This document shows, in pieces, positions 8,301 to 16,076 of a DNA stretch of 18,821 bases. The first letter of the stretch is position 1, and every line of letters begins with the position of its first letter. The DNA lies in contig JBEKSD010000019.1 of the NCBI GenBank assembly GCA_049517335.1, forward strand, positions 1-18,821, written 5' to 3'. Source of the DNA: Candidatus Omnitrophota bacterium (lineage in GTDB: Bacteria; Omnitrophota; Gorgyraeia; Gygaellales; Profunditerraquicolaceae). The notes beneath the pieces are model-generated. The model ran no database searches. It was not told where the DNA came from and saw nothing but the letters and a program-made list of their open reading frames with translations. The translations under genes and the position numbers were made by a program.

Positions 8301-9305
8301 CTAACTTATGAATTGCTTGGTTGAATTAATTAATTCTTCTTTACTAAAAAACTTTCCTGTTTTCTCAACCTGATGCACCATTTGGACTAACTTTTCGTTA
8401 AGGGGTGCGTTTGTTCCTGAATCTTGAGCGATTTTAACAAACTCGCCGTTTATATAATTAATCTCAGAGGCTTTTCCTCTTTTAATGCTCTGCAAAATTG
8501 AACCGTATAAAGGCTCTTTACTTAAACCGGCCATAATTCCGGAATATATTTTTGCTGCTTCCAGAGAAGGGATACTTGTTAATTTAGTCAGGCGCTCAAG
8601 CGGGAAATCCGGTAAAGAAACCAGTTTTATTCCCGCCTTTGAAATTGCGCTTAAGCCTTCCTTCCAGATATTGATGCTTATCCGGCTTACTTCAATATCC
8701 CTGAATGCCTCCTGCATGCTCACGCCCAGAATAGCACTTATGCAATTATTGGCGTTAACAAATAGTTTGAGGTATTTCATCCCGCGTATATTTTCCGAAA
8801 GCACGACGGGAAAAGCCTTACCCAAAACTGCCGATAATGCAGCTAAATCTAACTTGTAGCCGGGGAATGCGCTCCCGATAATCCAGTTTCCCTCAAAATT
8901 ATGTATTACCTGTCCGGCTTCGAGGTAAGTTGAGCCGAACATTACAATACTGGAAACTATCTTCTCTTTAGATAGAAATTTAGCGGCTATATCATCCGCA
9001 GCTAAGCCGTTTTGTGTAGTAAGAACAACTGAATCTTTGATATATTTAAGGTTATCCTTTAAGGCTTCTTCAATGTCCTGGGTTTTTGTCGTAACTATTG
9101 CCAACTCCGGGCGCTCAGACAATCTTTCTTCTGCCGGAACTGAAACCTTAAACTCTCCTCTTATGCCGGTTATCTTAAAGCCTGAAGAATTGATTGCTTT
9201 GGCTGCCTCAGCTCTTGCGGTAAGAGTTACATCCGCACCTTTTAATTTCAAATATCCGGCAACTAAACCGCCGATTGCGCCTGAACCGATAACCGCTATT
9301 TTCAT
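8301..9305 (-). CDS. panE: Ketopantoate reductase (PanE/ApbA) family protein
   Basis: GSGAIG, TTKTQD, QNG, KLFVN (catalytic Lys), SILQS..RGKASEINYING; ATGA overlap with the upstream gene. Confidence 0.8.
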   Translation of the reverse strand: MKIAVIGSGAIGGLVAGYLKLKGADVTLTARAEAAKAINSSGFKITGIRGEFKVSVPAEERLSERPELAIVTTKTQDIEEALKDNLKYIKDSVVLTTQNGLAADDIAAKFLSKEKIVSSIVMFGSTYLEAGQVIHNFEGNWIIGSAFPGYKLDLAALSAVLGKAFPVVLSENIRGMKYLKLFVNANNCISAILGVSMQEAFRDIEVSRISINIWKEGLSAISKAGIKLVSLPDFPLERLTKLTSIPSLEAAKIYSGIMAGLSKEPLYGSILQSIKRGKASEINYINGEFVKIAQDSGTNAPLNEKLVQMVHQVEKTGKFFSKEELINSTKQFIS

Positions 9306-9568
9306 CTTAGATTCTTGGGGAAGCCGTATTTTTTGTAATCAAAATCACTCTGCTCTAACAGGCGGATCATCATGCTGTAAAACGGAGAAGGGACATCGGA
9401 GAAAAAGGCGCCTATGACGTCTACTTCTTCCACAGAAGGTGCCTTCCTTAACGCTGCTAGCTCTTCGGCTTTTTTAATTACTGCTTCTTGCATAATCCTA
9501 CGGTGAAAAATCGGGATTTTAGCAATCATCACGTTTAATTTAGTTTGGGTATCGACATTCCAATCCAT
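9302..9568 (-). CDS. Small DUF2621 / PCP_red-like helical protein
   Basis: W.......L......IP.F.R......I...AE..A pattern; GGGAG SD; first gene after the promoter. Confidence 0.6.
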   Translation of the reverse strand: MDWNVDTQTKLNVMIAKIPIFHRRIMQEAVIKKAEELAALRKAPSVEEVDVIGAFFSDVPSPFYSMMIRLLEQSDFDYKKYGFPKNLR

Positions 9569-9611
9569 GACCTAACTCCCTAAGCAGGCTTAAGTTGAAA
9601 CTCTATTTAAA

Positions 9612-9635
9612 AATATAGTAAAATTTTACTATATT
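9612..9635. promoter_or_regulatory. Perfect 24-bp palindromic operator (candidate PadR site)
   Basis: AATATAGTAAAATTTTACTATATT is its own reverse complement and lies immediately downstream of the -10 element. Confidence 0.8.
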
Positions 9636-9636
9636 G

Positions 9637-9666
9637 ATTTTACCAAACTTAACGGGTATTTGTCAA
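9637..9666 (-). promoter_or_regulatory. sigma70-type promoter of the PKS operon
   Basis: TTGACA (9666-9661), 18-nt spacer ending in TGG, TAAAAT (9642-9637), giving an extended -10 TGnTAAAAT. Confidence 0.75.
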
Positions 9667-9706
9667 GCAAAAAATGCCGGCTGGTACGCTGAATTTTTTA
9701 CAATTT

Positions 9707-10219
9707 TTATATTCTTTTGATAAAACTGGAAAGGAACTGGCATTCTGCATTAAGCATATGGAGATTATGTTCAAGCATGAAGACCGAAGAAGAAGGCTTC
9801 TTCTTTAAGGAAACAACCATTCCCTTCAGGCCTTTTGAAAGCTTCTTCAGGATTTGCATGCGCGCGCGCAGGCGGCGTTTTGCTATCCTCGGCTCTATAT
9901 AGCTTAAAAAATAAAGGCTTAAATCAATGCTGAATCGCGGCCGTTTAAAATTAAGGAAACTTTTGCTTAAAAGCTCAGAGAAACGTTCGGAACCTTTCGG
10001 GGTGAGGTAATATACGCGGCGTTCAGGCCGGCGGCCGGCTTTTAAAACCCGCTCTCCGATAAGACCTTTCTTTTCCAGAATTTTTAAAGGGTAATATACT
10101 GATTTTAAATCGAGGCCGGCGAAAAGCGAAAGGATCTTGCGTATTTCCTTCTTTATTTCATAGCCGTGTTTGGGGCTTTCCCGAAGCAAGCCTAGTAATA
10201 AAAGCTCTTGTTCAATCAT
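9707..10219 (-). CDS. PadR family transcriptional regulator (long form with C-terminal helical domain)
   Basis: LLGLL..PKHGYEIKK, SVYYPLKILEKKGLI, RPERRVYYLTPKG; ATGA overlap with accA. Confidence 0.9.
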   Translation of the reverse strand: MIEQELLLLGLLRESPKHGYEIKKEIRKILSLFAGLDLKSVYYPLKILEKKGLIGERVLKAGRRPERRVYYLTPKGSERFSELLSKSFLNFKRPRFSIDLSLYFLSYIEPRIAKRRLRARMQILKKLSKGLKGMVVSLKKKPSSSVFMLEHNLHMLNAECQFLSSFIKRI

Positions 10220-11163
10220 GCGACAACGCCCATACCCCTGAACTTTTCGTATCGCTGCCTTAACAATCCCTCTTTATTCAAGCTTCCCAGCTCTTTGAGG
10301 TTTTTTAGGACAACCTCTTTTACATTCTGCGCGGTCTTGAGCGGATCGCGGTGCGCTCCGCCTAACGGCTCAGGAACAATCTCATCAATAATCCCCATTT
10401 TCAATAATACATCGGAGGTAAGTTTTAAGACCTCTGCGGCATCCGGTGCTTTTGCACCGTTCTTCCAAAGAATAGCAGCGCAGCCTTCGGGCGAAATAAC
10501 GGAATAATAAGCATTTTCTAAAACGCATACCCTATCGGCCACCCCGACGCCCAATGCTCCGCCTGAGCCGCCCTCGCCGATGACAATGGCAACTATCGGA
10601 ACGGCCATACGCGCCATCTCCCTTAAATTAAGCGCTATTGCCTGTGACTGGCCGCGCTCTTCAGCTCCTATCCCCGGGTAGGCGCCGGGCGTATCAATAA
10701 AAACTACCACCGGAAGATTAAATTGCTCGGCCAACCGCATTACCCTTAAGGCCTTGCGATATCCTTCAGGATGGGCACAGCCGAAATTGCGCTTTAAGTT
10801 CTCCTTTGTGTCTCTGCCCTTCTGATGACCCATAACGGCAATTTTTCTTCCGTCAAGTTTGGCAAAACCGCAGATAAGGGCTTTATCTTCGGAGAAAAGC
10901 CTGTCCCCGTGCAATTCGACAAAATCAGTCATTAACATACCAATATAATCCAGCGTGTAGGGGCGCAGGGGATGACGAGCAAGTTGGACCCTTTGCCATG
11001 CAGTCAAAGTGGTATAAGTATCCTTCTTTAAATGGTCAAGCTTCTCCTCGAGGCGCTTAATTTCGGAAGAAAGGTCTATCTTTTTTTCAGAAACAAAGCT
11101 TTTCAGTTCTTCTATTTTCTTCTCTAATTCTACAATTGGTTTTTCAAAATCTAATCCAGCCAT
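10216..11163 (-). CDS. accA: Acetyl-CoA carboxylase carboxyltransferase alpha subunit
   Basis: LDFEKP, WQRVQLARHPLRP, ELHGDR, GHQKGRDTKE, DTPGAYPG, GEGGSGGAL, YSVISPEGCA. Confidence 0.97.
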   Translation of the reverse strand: MAGLDFEKPIVELEKKIEELKSFVSEKKIDLSSEIKRLEEKLDHLKKDTYTTLTAWQRVQLARHPLRPYTLDYIGMLMTDFVELHGDRLFSEDKALICGFAKLDGRKIAVMGHQKGRDTKENLKRNFGCAHPEGYRKALRVMRLAEQFNLPVVVFIDTPGAYPGIGAEERGQSQAIALNLREMARMAVPIVAIVIGEGGSGGALGVGVADRVCVLENAYYSVISPEGCAAILWKNGAKAPDAAEVLKLTSDVLLKMGIIDEIVPEPLGGAHRDPLKTAQNVKEVVLKNLKELGSLNKEGLLRQRYEKFRGMGVVA

Positions 11164-11197
11164 TGGTTAGTTCTCGAGTTCGTGAGTAATAAATTCA

Positions 11198-11986
11198 TTA
11201 ATCTACGATGGTAACTTCCGTGCCGACAGGTACAATTATGTATAATTCTTCAACATCGGGGTTAGACATCCTAATGCAGCCTTCGGTAGCCTGTTTGCCT
11301 AAATTCTGCGGTTCAATTGTTCCGTGTATTCCGTAACCGGGCAAATCTATCCCCAGCCAACGCGAGCCTAAAGCATTCTTAGGGTCTGTGGGAGAAATAA
11401 CATTGTCCCCCTTTTTAAACCAAGTGGGGTTTAACAGTTTGTTGGTAATCTTAAAGTTCCCCGCCGGGGTACAATTATCTTTACCGGTAGAAACTACGTA
11501 ACTCTTAAGTACTTCTTCTTCACACTTTAAAATTAAAGTATTATTGGACTTATCAATGAGAATACTGAAAGGCGCATTCCACACCTTAATCTTTCTTCCC
11601 GGCATAATTGCATCTTTCAGGTTATTACTTTTTTTAATCAGTTCCGGTGTTGTCTTAAATTTACGCGCGATTTTAATCAGGGTATCGCCCGGCTCAATCT
11701 CATAAAGGACGCTTTTAGAGGTGATGACGGGCGAGAATAGTAATTTTATATTCAATTCTTCGCTCTTTTTCTGCCAATTCGCCACTTCCGGCGAATTCGT
11801 AAAATCATTGATTAATTTCAGATAAATATCCTTTGCGGCCAATAAATCGCCTTTTGCCGAAAGTTCTTTAGCCTGATTGACCAACGCCCGCGGGGAGGGG
11901 CCACTTCCTTTTTTTAGACTGAAAATTATTATGCCGCCTAAGATTATGGCTACCGTAATAATTACCCCCAAAACTTTCCTGTTCAC
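11198..11986 (-). CDS. Membrane-anchored LysM-containing L,D-transpeptidase (YkuD family)
   Basis: N-terminal TM helix, LysM (YEIEPGDTLIKIARKF), GIHGT and catalytic TEGCIRM; GTG start with AGGAGG SD. Confidence 0.9.
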   Translation of the reverse strand: MNRKVLGVIITVAIILGGIIIFSLKKGSGPSPRALVNQAKELSAKGDLLAAKDIYLKLINDFTNSPEVANWQKKSEELNIKLLFSPVITSKSVLYEIEPGDTLIKIARKFKTTPELIKKSNNLKDAIMPGRKIKVWNAPFSILIDKSNNTLILKCEEEVLKSYVVSTGKDNCTPAGNFKITNKLLNPTWFKKGDNVISPTDPKNALGSRWLGIDLPGYGIHGTIEPQNLGKQATEGCIRMSNPDVEELYIIVPVGTEVTIVD

Positions 11987-12010
11987 CTGGCTCCTCCTTA
12001 TATTATAAGC

Positions 12011-12457
12011 TTAGTAAGCTATTAAAGCGATTATAACCCCTAAAATTAAACCTATTATTACTTCAATAGGTGTATGACCTATGAGTTCGCGAAGGCGCAG
12101 CTCTTCAATCTTACCCTGCCAATATATGTCGTCCATTATTTTATTTAATATGCGCGCCTGTTTACCCGTTGACCTGCGCACGCCTTGGGCGTCAAACATG
12201 ACCACAATGGCAAAAGAGGCTGCCAAGGCGAAATATGCGCTGTTAAAACCCTGTTCAAGCCCCACGGCAGTAGCAAGGCATGCCGCACCTGCAGCATGCG
12301 AAGAAGGCATGCCTCCGCTACCGATAAGCCAGCGGAAATCAAATTTTTTCTGCGTGACAAACCCTACAAACAACTTAATGGTCTGGGCAATAAGCCAGGC
12401 AGAAATAGTCGTCATCAAAACCTTATTATGGGATATTTCCCGTAATACTTCTCTCAT
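12011..12457 (-). CDS. Divergent PAP2 family (DUF212) membrane protein
   Basis: AQTIK, SGGMPSSH, VMFDAQGVR, LRELIGHTP.EV..G. Confidence 0.9.
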   Translation of the reverse strand: MREVLREISHNKVLMTTISAWLIAQTIKLFVGFVTQKKFDFRWLIGSGGMPSSHAAGAACLATAVGLEQGFNSAYFALAASFAIVVMFDAQGVRRSTGKQARILNKIMDDIYWQGKIEELRLRELIGHTPIEVIIGLILGVIIALIAY

Positions 12458-13071
12458 TATTTATTTTGGAGGGCAGGGGTTACTTCAATCTTGACTTTTT
12501 TCGATATTGTAGACTTACCGCCTTTTAAGAGGTAACCCTGATTACCTTCTAAGGTCTTCTCGGATTGTGTCTGCTGTATCATCACAATACCCACTCTGCG
12601 GGCCTGCTTCTTCAATTCTGAAATAGCTTTTTTCAATTCAATTATCGAATTCAGTTTTATTTTGAGCGCTTCATTATCAGAGGTAAGTTTGTTTTTTTCC
12701 TCCCCCAGAGCTACATTTTCTTTCTTTAAAAGAGAAACCTGCGTATTTAAAGAATCAACAGCCTTATCGGTTTGCGTAAAGTTTGAGAATAATTTAGATA
12801 ATCTTTTCCGGCTTGCTTTTAAGTTATCTTGTAATTCCACCTTTTCTTGAGCGAGTTTCTGGTTTTGCGATTTCTCTTTCTCTAGCGCTACCGACAGCTT
12901 TTGTTTCTCTTTCTCCAGCACATTTATTTCTATTTTTTTCTCTGCCAGTTCGCTCATAAGCGTATATTTTTCTTTTAAGGTAATAACGTACTTATAAGCG
13001 CTAAATACGGCTATGCCTATAAGGAGCACAATAGCTATATTCTTAAAAGATGCTCCACTCAGTTTTTGCAT
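12457..13071 (-). CDS. Membrane-anchored coiled-coil hypothetical protein
   Basis: One N-terminal TM segment, a long K/E/L heptad-rich region and a C-terminal GNQGYLLKGG..KIEV motif; TAATG-coupled downstream. Confidence 0.8.
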   Translation of the reverse strand: MQKLSGASFKNIAIVLLIGIAVFSAYKYVITLKEKYTLMSELAEKKIEINVLEKEKQKLSVALEKEKSQNQKLAQEKVELQDNLKASRKRLSKLFSNFTQTDKAVDSLNTQVSLLKKENVALGEEKNKLTSDNEALKIKLNSIIELKKAISELKKQARRVGIVMIQQTQSEKTLEGNQGYLLKGGKSTISKKVKIEVTPALQNK

Positions 13072-13077
13072 AGGTAT

Positions 13078-13106
13078 ATTATACCGGCGCAGGATTAAAA
13101 AGGCAA
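13078..13106 (-). promoter_or_regulatory. sigma70 promoter, probably giving a leaderless mRNA
   Basis: TTGCCT (13106-13101), 17 nt, TATAAT (13083-13078); only 6 nt separate the -10 from the ATG at 13071. Confidence 0.65.
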
Positions 13107-13163
13107 GTTTTTTTATCAGTTAGATTCCTTCCCCTGCTCCATCTTTAAGGCAGGGAGGTAAAT

Positions 13164-13319
13164 ATGCTGGCAAAGGTATTTAGTTTTGGAATTCTAGGTA
13201 TTGAAGCTTATCCTGTGGAAATAGAGGTGGATCTGGCAAGAGGACTGCCTACCGTAACTATTGTGGGAATGGCGAATACGGCAATCAGGGAAAGAGGGAT
13301 TTCTTTGTTTAAGATTTAA
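13164..13319 (+). pseudogene. comM: ComM/YifB Mg-chelatase-like ATPase, 5' fragment (absent from the ORF track)
   Basis: Hand translation MLAKVFSFGILGIEAYPVEIEVDLARGLPTVTIVGMANTAIRE|RGISLFKI*; GGAGG SD at 13154-13158; homology ends near 13294. Confidence 0.88.
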
Positions 13320-13330
13320 TCCTATCAGGG

Positions 13331-13711
13331 CTATATTTTACCCATTTCTTTTTCAATATGACCAATTAGTTCTTTTGTGCTTACCGGCTTCGCAATAAAA
13401 AGATGCCCTCCGATACTGCCTTTGTTATTCTCTAATTCTTCTTTCTTAGCAATTGCAGTTAAAAATACGACGGGAATACCTTTGGTTTCATAGTCATTTT
13501 CTAGCTGATAGCAGACATCGCCGCCGTCTGCATCCAGCATCATAATATCTAGAAGAATCAAGTCCGGCTTAAACTCCTTGGCAGCAACCAGCCCAAGCAG
13601 CCCCTTATTTTCTATTTTAACTTCGTATTGTCCGGTCCGTTCAAGGTTTAATTTTATCAATTCCGTAAAATCCACTTCATCGTCAATAACCAATATCCTC
13701 TTCTTTTTCAT
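13331..13711 (-). CDS. Stand-alone response regulator receiver domain
   Basis: ILVIDDE, PDLILLDIMM (phospho-Asp), FLTA, FIAKP. Confidence 0.9.
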   Translation of the reverse strand: MKKKRILVIDDEVDFTELIKLNLERTGQYEVKIENKGLLGLVAAKEFKPDLILLDIMMLDADGGDVCYQLENDYETKGIPVVFLTAIAKKEELENNKGSIGGHLFIAKPVSTKELIGHIEKEMGKI

Positions 13712-13768
13712 ACCCGCACCCCCGTTTCAATCCGATGCTTTGTTTAGACAGTTTCCCTACCCATTTTA

Positions 13769-15198
13769 TTACGTTTCGGCTGTCTTTAAAATAATGGTCA
13801 TTTTAGTCCCCTGCCCGAGTTTGCTTTCTACATATATCAGACCCCTGTGCATATGAATTATATTCCTAGTTACGGATAATCCTAGGCCGACGCCCTTCGG
13901 GCCCTTTGTAGTAAAAAAGGGGTCAAAGATTCTCTTCAGGTTTTCTTCAGAGATTCCTATTCCTGTGTCCTCAATTTCGACTATTACCACCTTTTCTCCG
14001 AGTTGAAAATTGTCCTGGGCCCTTCTACCTATGCCATTTCTTATTTCTGCTAATTTTTTATCAAAACTACGGATGACAATCTTGCCTCCGTCAGGAATAG
14101 CCTGCGCCGCATTCAATAGTATATTAATGAATACCTGTTCTAATTTGTTTTTATCCGCCAAGACCTTGGGTATGTCTTTTTTTATTTCTATTATAGTATC
14201 TATATTCTCAAATTTAAGTCTGGCCTTTACTAAGGTCAAAGAAGTTTCTAAAATAGAATTTATGTCTTCTACTTTTAAACCAAAGCTGGCAGTCTTGGAA
14301 AAATCAAGCAGAGAGGCTATAATATTATCCGCCCTGTTGATGTTATCCTCAAGTATATGTAGGGCCTTAAGGATATCCCCCTCTTTGGCGGATAGCCTGC
14401 TTTCCAGATAATTAACACCTTGGAGTATTATTGCTAATGGATTCCTTACCTCATGGGCTACACCGCTGGCTAATTTACCGATGGCGTTTAATTTCTCGGC
14501 CTGGATAAGCTGGTCCTGTGTTTCTTTCAGCCTTATGTATGCGTCTCTTACCTCCTGCTCGCGCATCTTAAGCAATTCCTGGCCTTCTTTTAGCTCGTTA
14601 ATCAACATTTCCTTTTCTCGTTCTCGCATAAATCCGTTGAAATGCTGTCTGCCTGAGAATTTTGAGACAAGCACGGCAATAAGCGCCGTGGAAAATAAAA
14701 AGGAGTTTGCGTAGTAGAAATTGACCAGATTAAAAACAGAACCGTTGGCAAACATCGCCAAATTGTAAATAATAATCTGCGTGAGGTAAAACAAGAGATT
14801 ACTCATGTAGTAAAAGGGATTGAAAAAAATCGAGCCCAGAAAAATAAGGTTTACTCCGGAGTAATAAGGGCTGCTTGAGCCGTTACTGAGGTAGACCATA
14901 AGACATAAGCTGGCGCTCATCAGGAATGCGATTATATTAATGTACCAGAGGATATATTTTTTTGTCTTTTTGAAGAAGGTAAGCAGGAAAAGGATGACAC
15001 CTATCAGGACATCAAATACGCGTACCTGAAGGAAAAACCTGCCCAGATGAGGATAGATTTCATAATCAAAGAAGTTGAAACCTATACTGATGAGTGTGCC
15101 TATGAATACAAGTATCCTAAAACGGGAAACAAAGATGTCGCGGATTGATTCTCGGTACTGGATGGCAAGTTTTTCTTTAAAAGATCTCTATCTATCAT
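13769..15198 (-). CDS. Multi-TM sensor histidine kinase with a disrupted or frameshifted 5' end
   Basis: AHEVRNPL, EQVFINILLNA, DTGIGI, FDPFFTTK, GVGLGL. The frame stays open 89 codons upstream of the track start (to 15187), encoding more TM helices, but has no in-frame ATG/GTG/TTG; the nearest ATG (15198) is out of frame. Confidence 0.8.
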
Positions 15199-15265
15199 TA
15201 GATATGCTGGCAACCTTTTAAAAGACAACCTGTTAACATGATGGGGATTCCGGAGCAAACGGCCT

Positions 15266-15535
15266 CCAGTATCCCCTTATTTACTTAAAAAGCTTTTTAC
15301 CTGCATGACAAGACATAGCACCATTAGAAAAGAAATATGGGGGGGCAGCAAAAATCATATTAATGGAATCAGTAGGAATTGAATCCATTATATCGAGACA
15401 ATTACCTAGAAATAAAATACAGTTTTCATTTCGATTAATATAAAATGGCTTAATGCTTACTGTCGAAATTATGTTCTTATATGAATAGCTCATTTCAAAT
15501 CCTATTTGCTTATTGGTGGAATTATTCTCATTCAT
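15266..15535 (-). pseudogene. N6-adenine DNA methyltransferase (beta class, DpnA/M2.DpnII-like) remnant
   Basis: GNCLDIM...SINMIFAAPPYFFSNGAMSCHAGK with the catalytic DPPY read as APPY; the expected VNKG continues in another frame (15284-15273); GGAGG SD. Confidence 0.8.
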
Positions 15536-15587
15536 ATTTTACCTCCAGAATTACTGATAATCAAGTTTTATTGGTATAACCAAAGTT

Positions 15588-16073
15588 ATGCATCCCTGCC
15601 CCTGCGGCGCACTTGGACAACATAAATCTGCCTGCCGCTGCATGCCAAATCAAGTCTATAAATACCGTTTAAAGATCTCCGGCCCTTTGCTGGACAGGAT
15701 CGACATCCACATTGAAGTACCGACAGCAAAGTATCAAGAGCTATCCGGCAACCTGCCTGCCGAGACTTCTCTACAAATCAAGGAAAGGGTGAATAAGACC
15801 CAGGCCGCTCAAAGGGAAAAGTTCAAAGGCGAGGGTATTTTTTACAACGCCCAGATGAGCCATAAGCAGGTGAGAAAGTTTTGTACTTTAGGCAAAGAGG
15901 AAAATGAATTGTTAAAAATGGCAATGACTGAACTTAATTTTAACGCTCGGGCTTATGATAAGATATTGAAGGTATCAAGAACGATTGCTGACCTTGCCGG
16001 TTCAGAACAGATAAAAACAGAGAACTTATCAGAAGCGATACAATATAGGAGTTTAGATAGACAGTGGTGGTAA
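15588..16073 (+). pseudogene. comM: ComM/YifB 3' fragment
   Basis: MHPCPCG, ISGPLLDRIDI, ARAYDKILKVSRTIADL, EAIQYR; no Walker A/B; the upstream in-frame codons (IGITKV) are not ComM-like. Confidence 0.9.
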
Positions 16074-16076
16074 TAT

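Larger units (their letters stand above)
13295..15587. mobile_element. Degenerate insertion/island remnant within comM
   Basis: Opposite-strand cargo lies between two comM pieces; no recombinase is retained; boundaries are approximate. Confidence 0.6.

Noticed and set aside
1921-14714. Numerous + strand ORFs in the track (e.g. 7181-7909, 8485-8859, 12081-12494, 14010-14411) and the nested - strand ORF 12145-12360
   Set aside because: They are shadows of well-supported genes and have no recognisable motifs
3710-16073. Bacteriochlorophyll pathway suggested by BchE-like, PCP_red-like and Mg-chelatase-like labels
   Set aside because: The chelatase-like pieces are ComM, no other bch genes are present, and the context is polyketide synthesis
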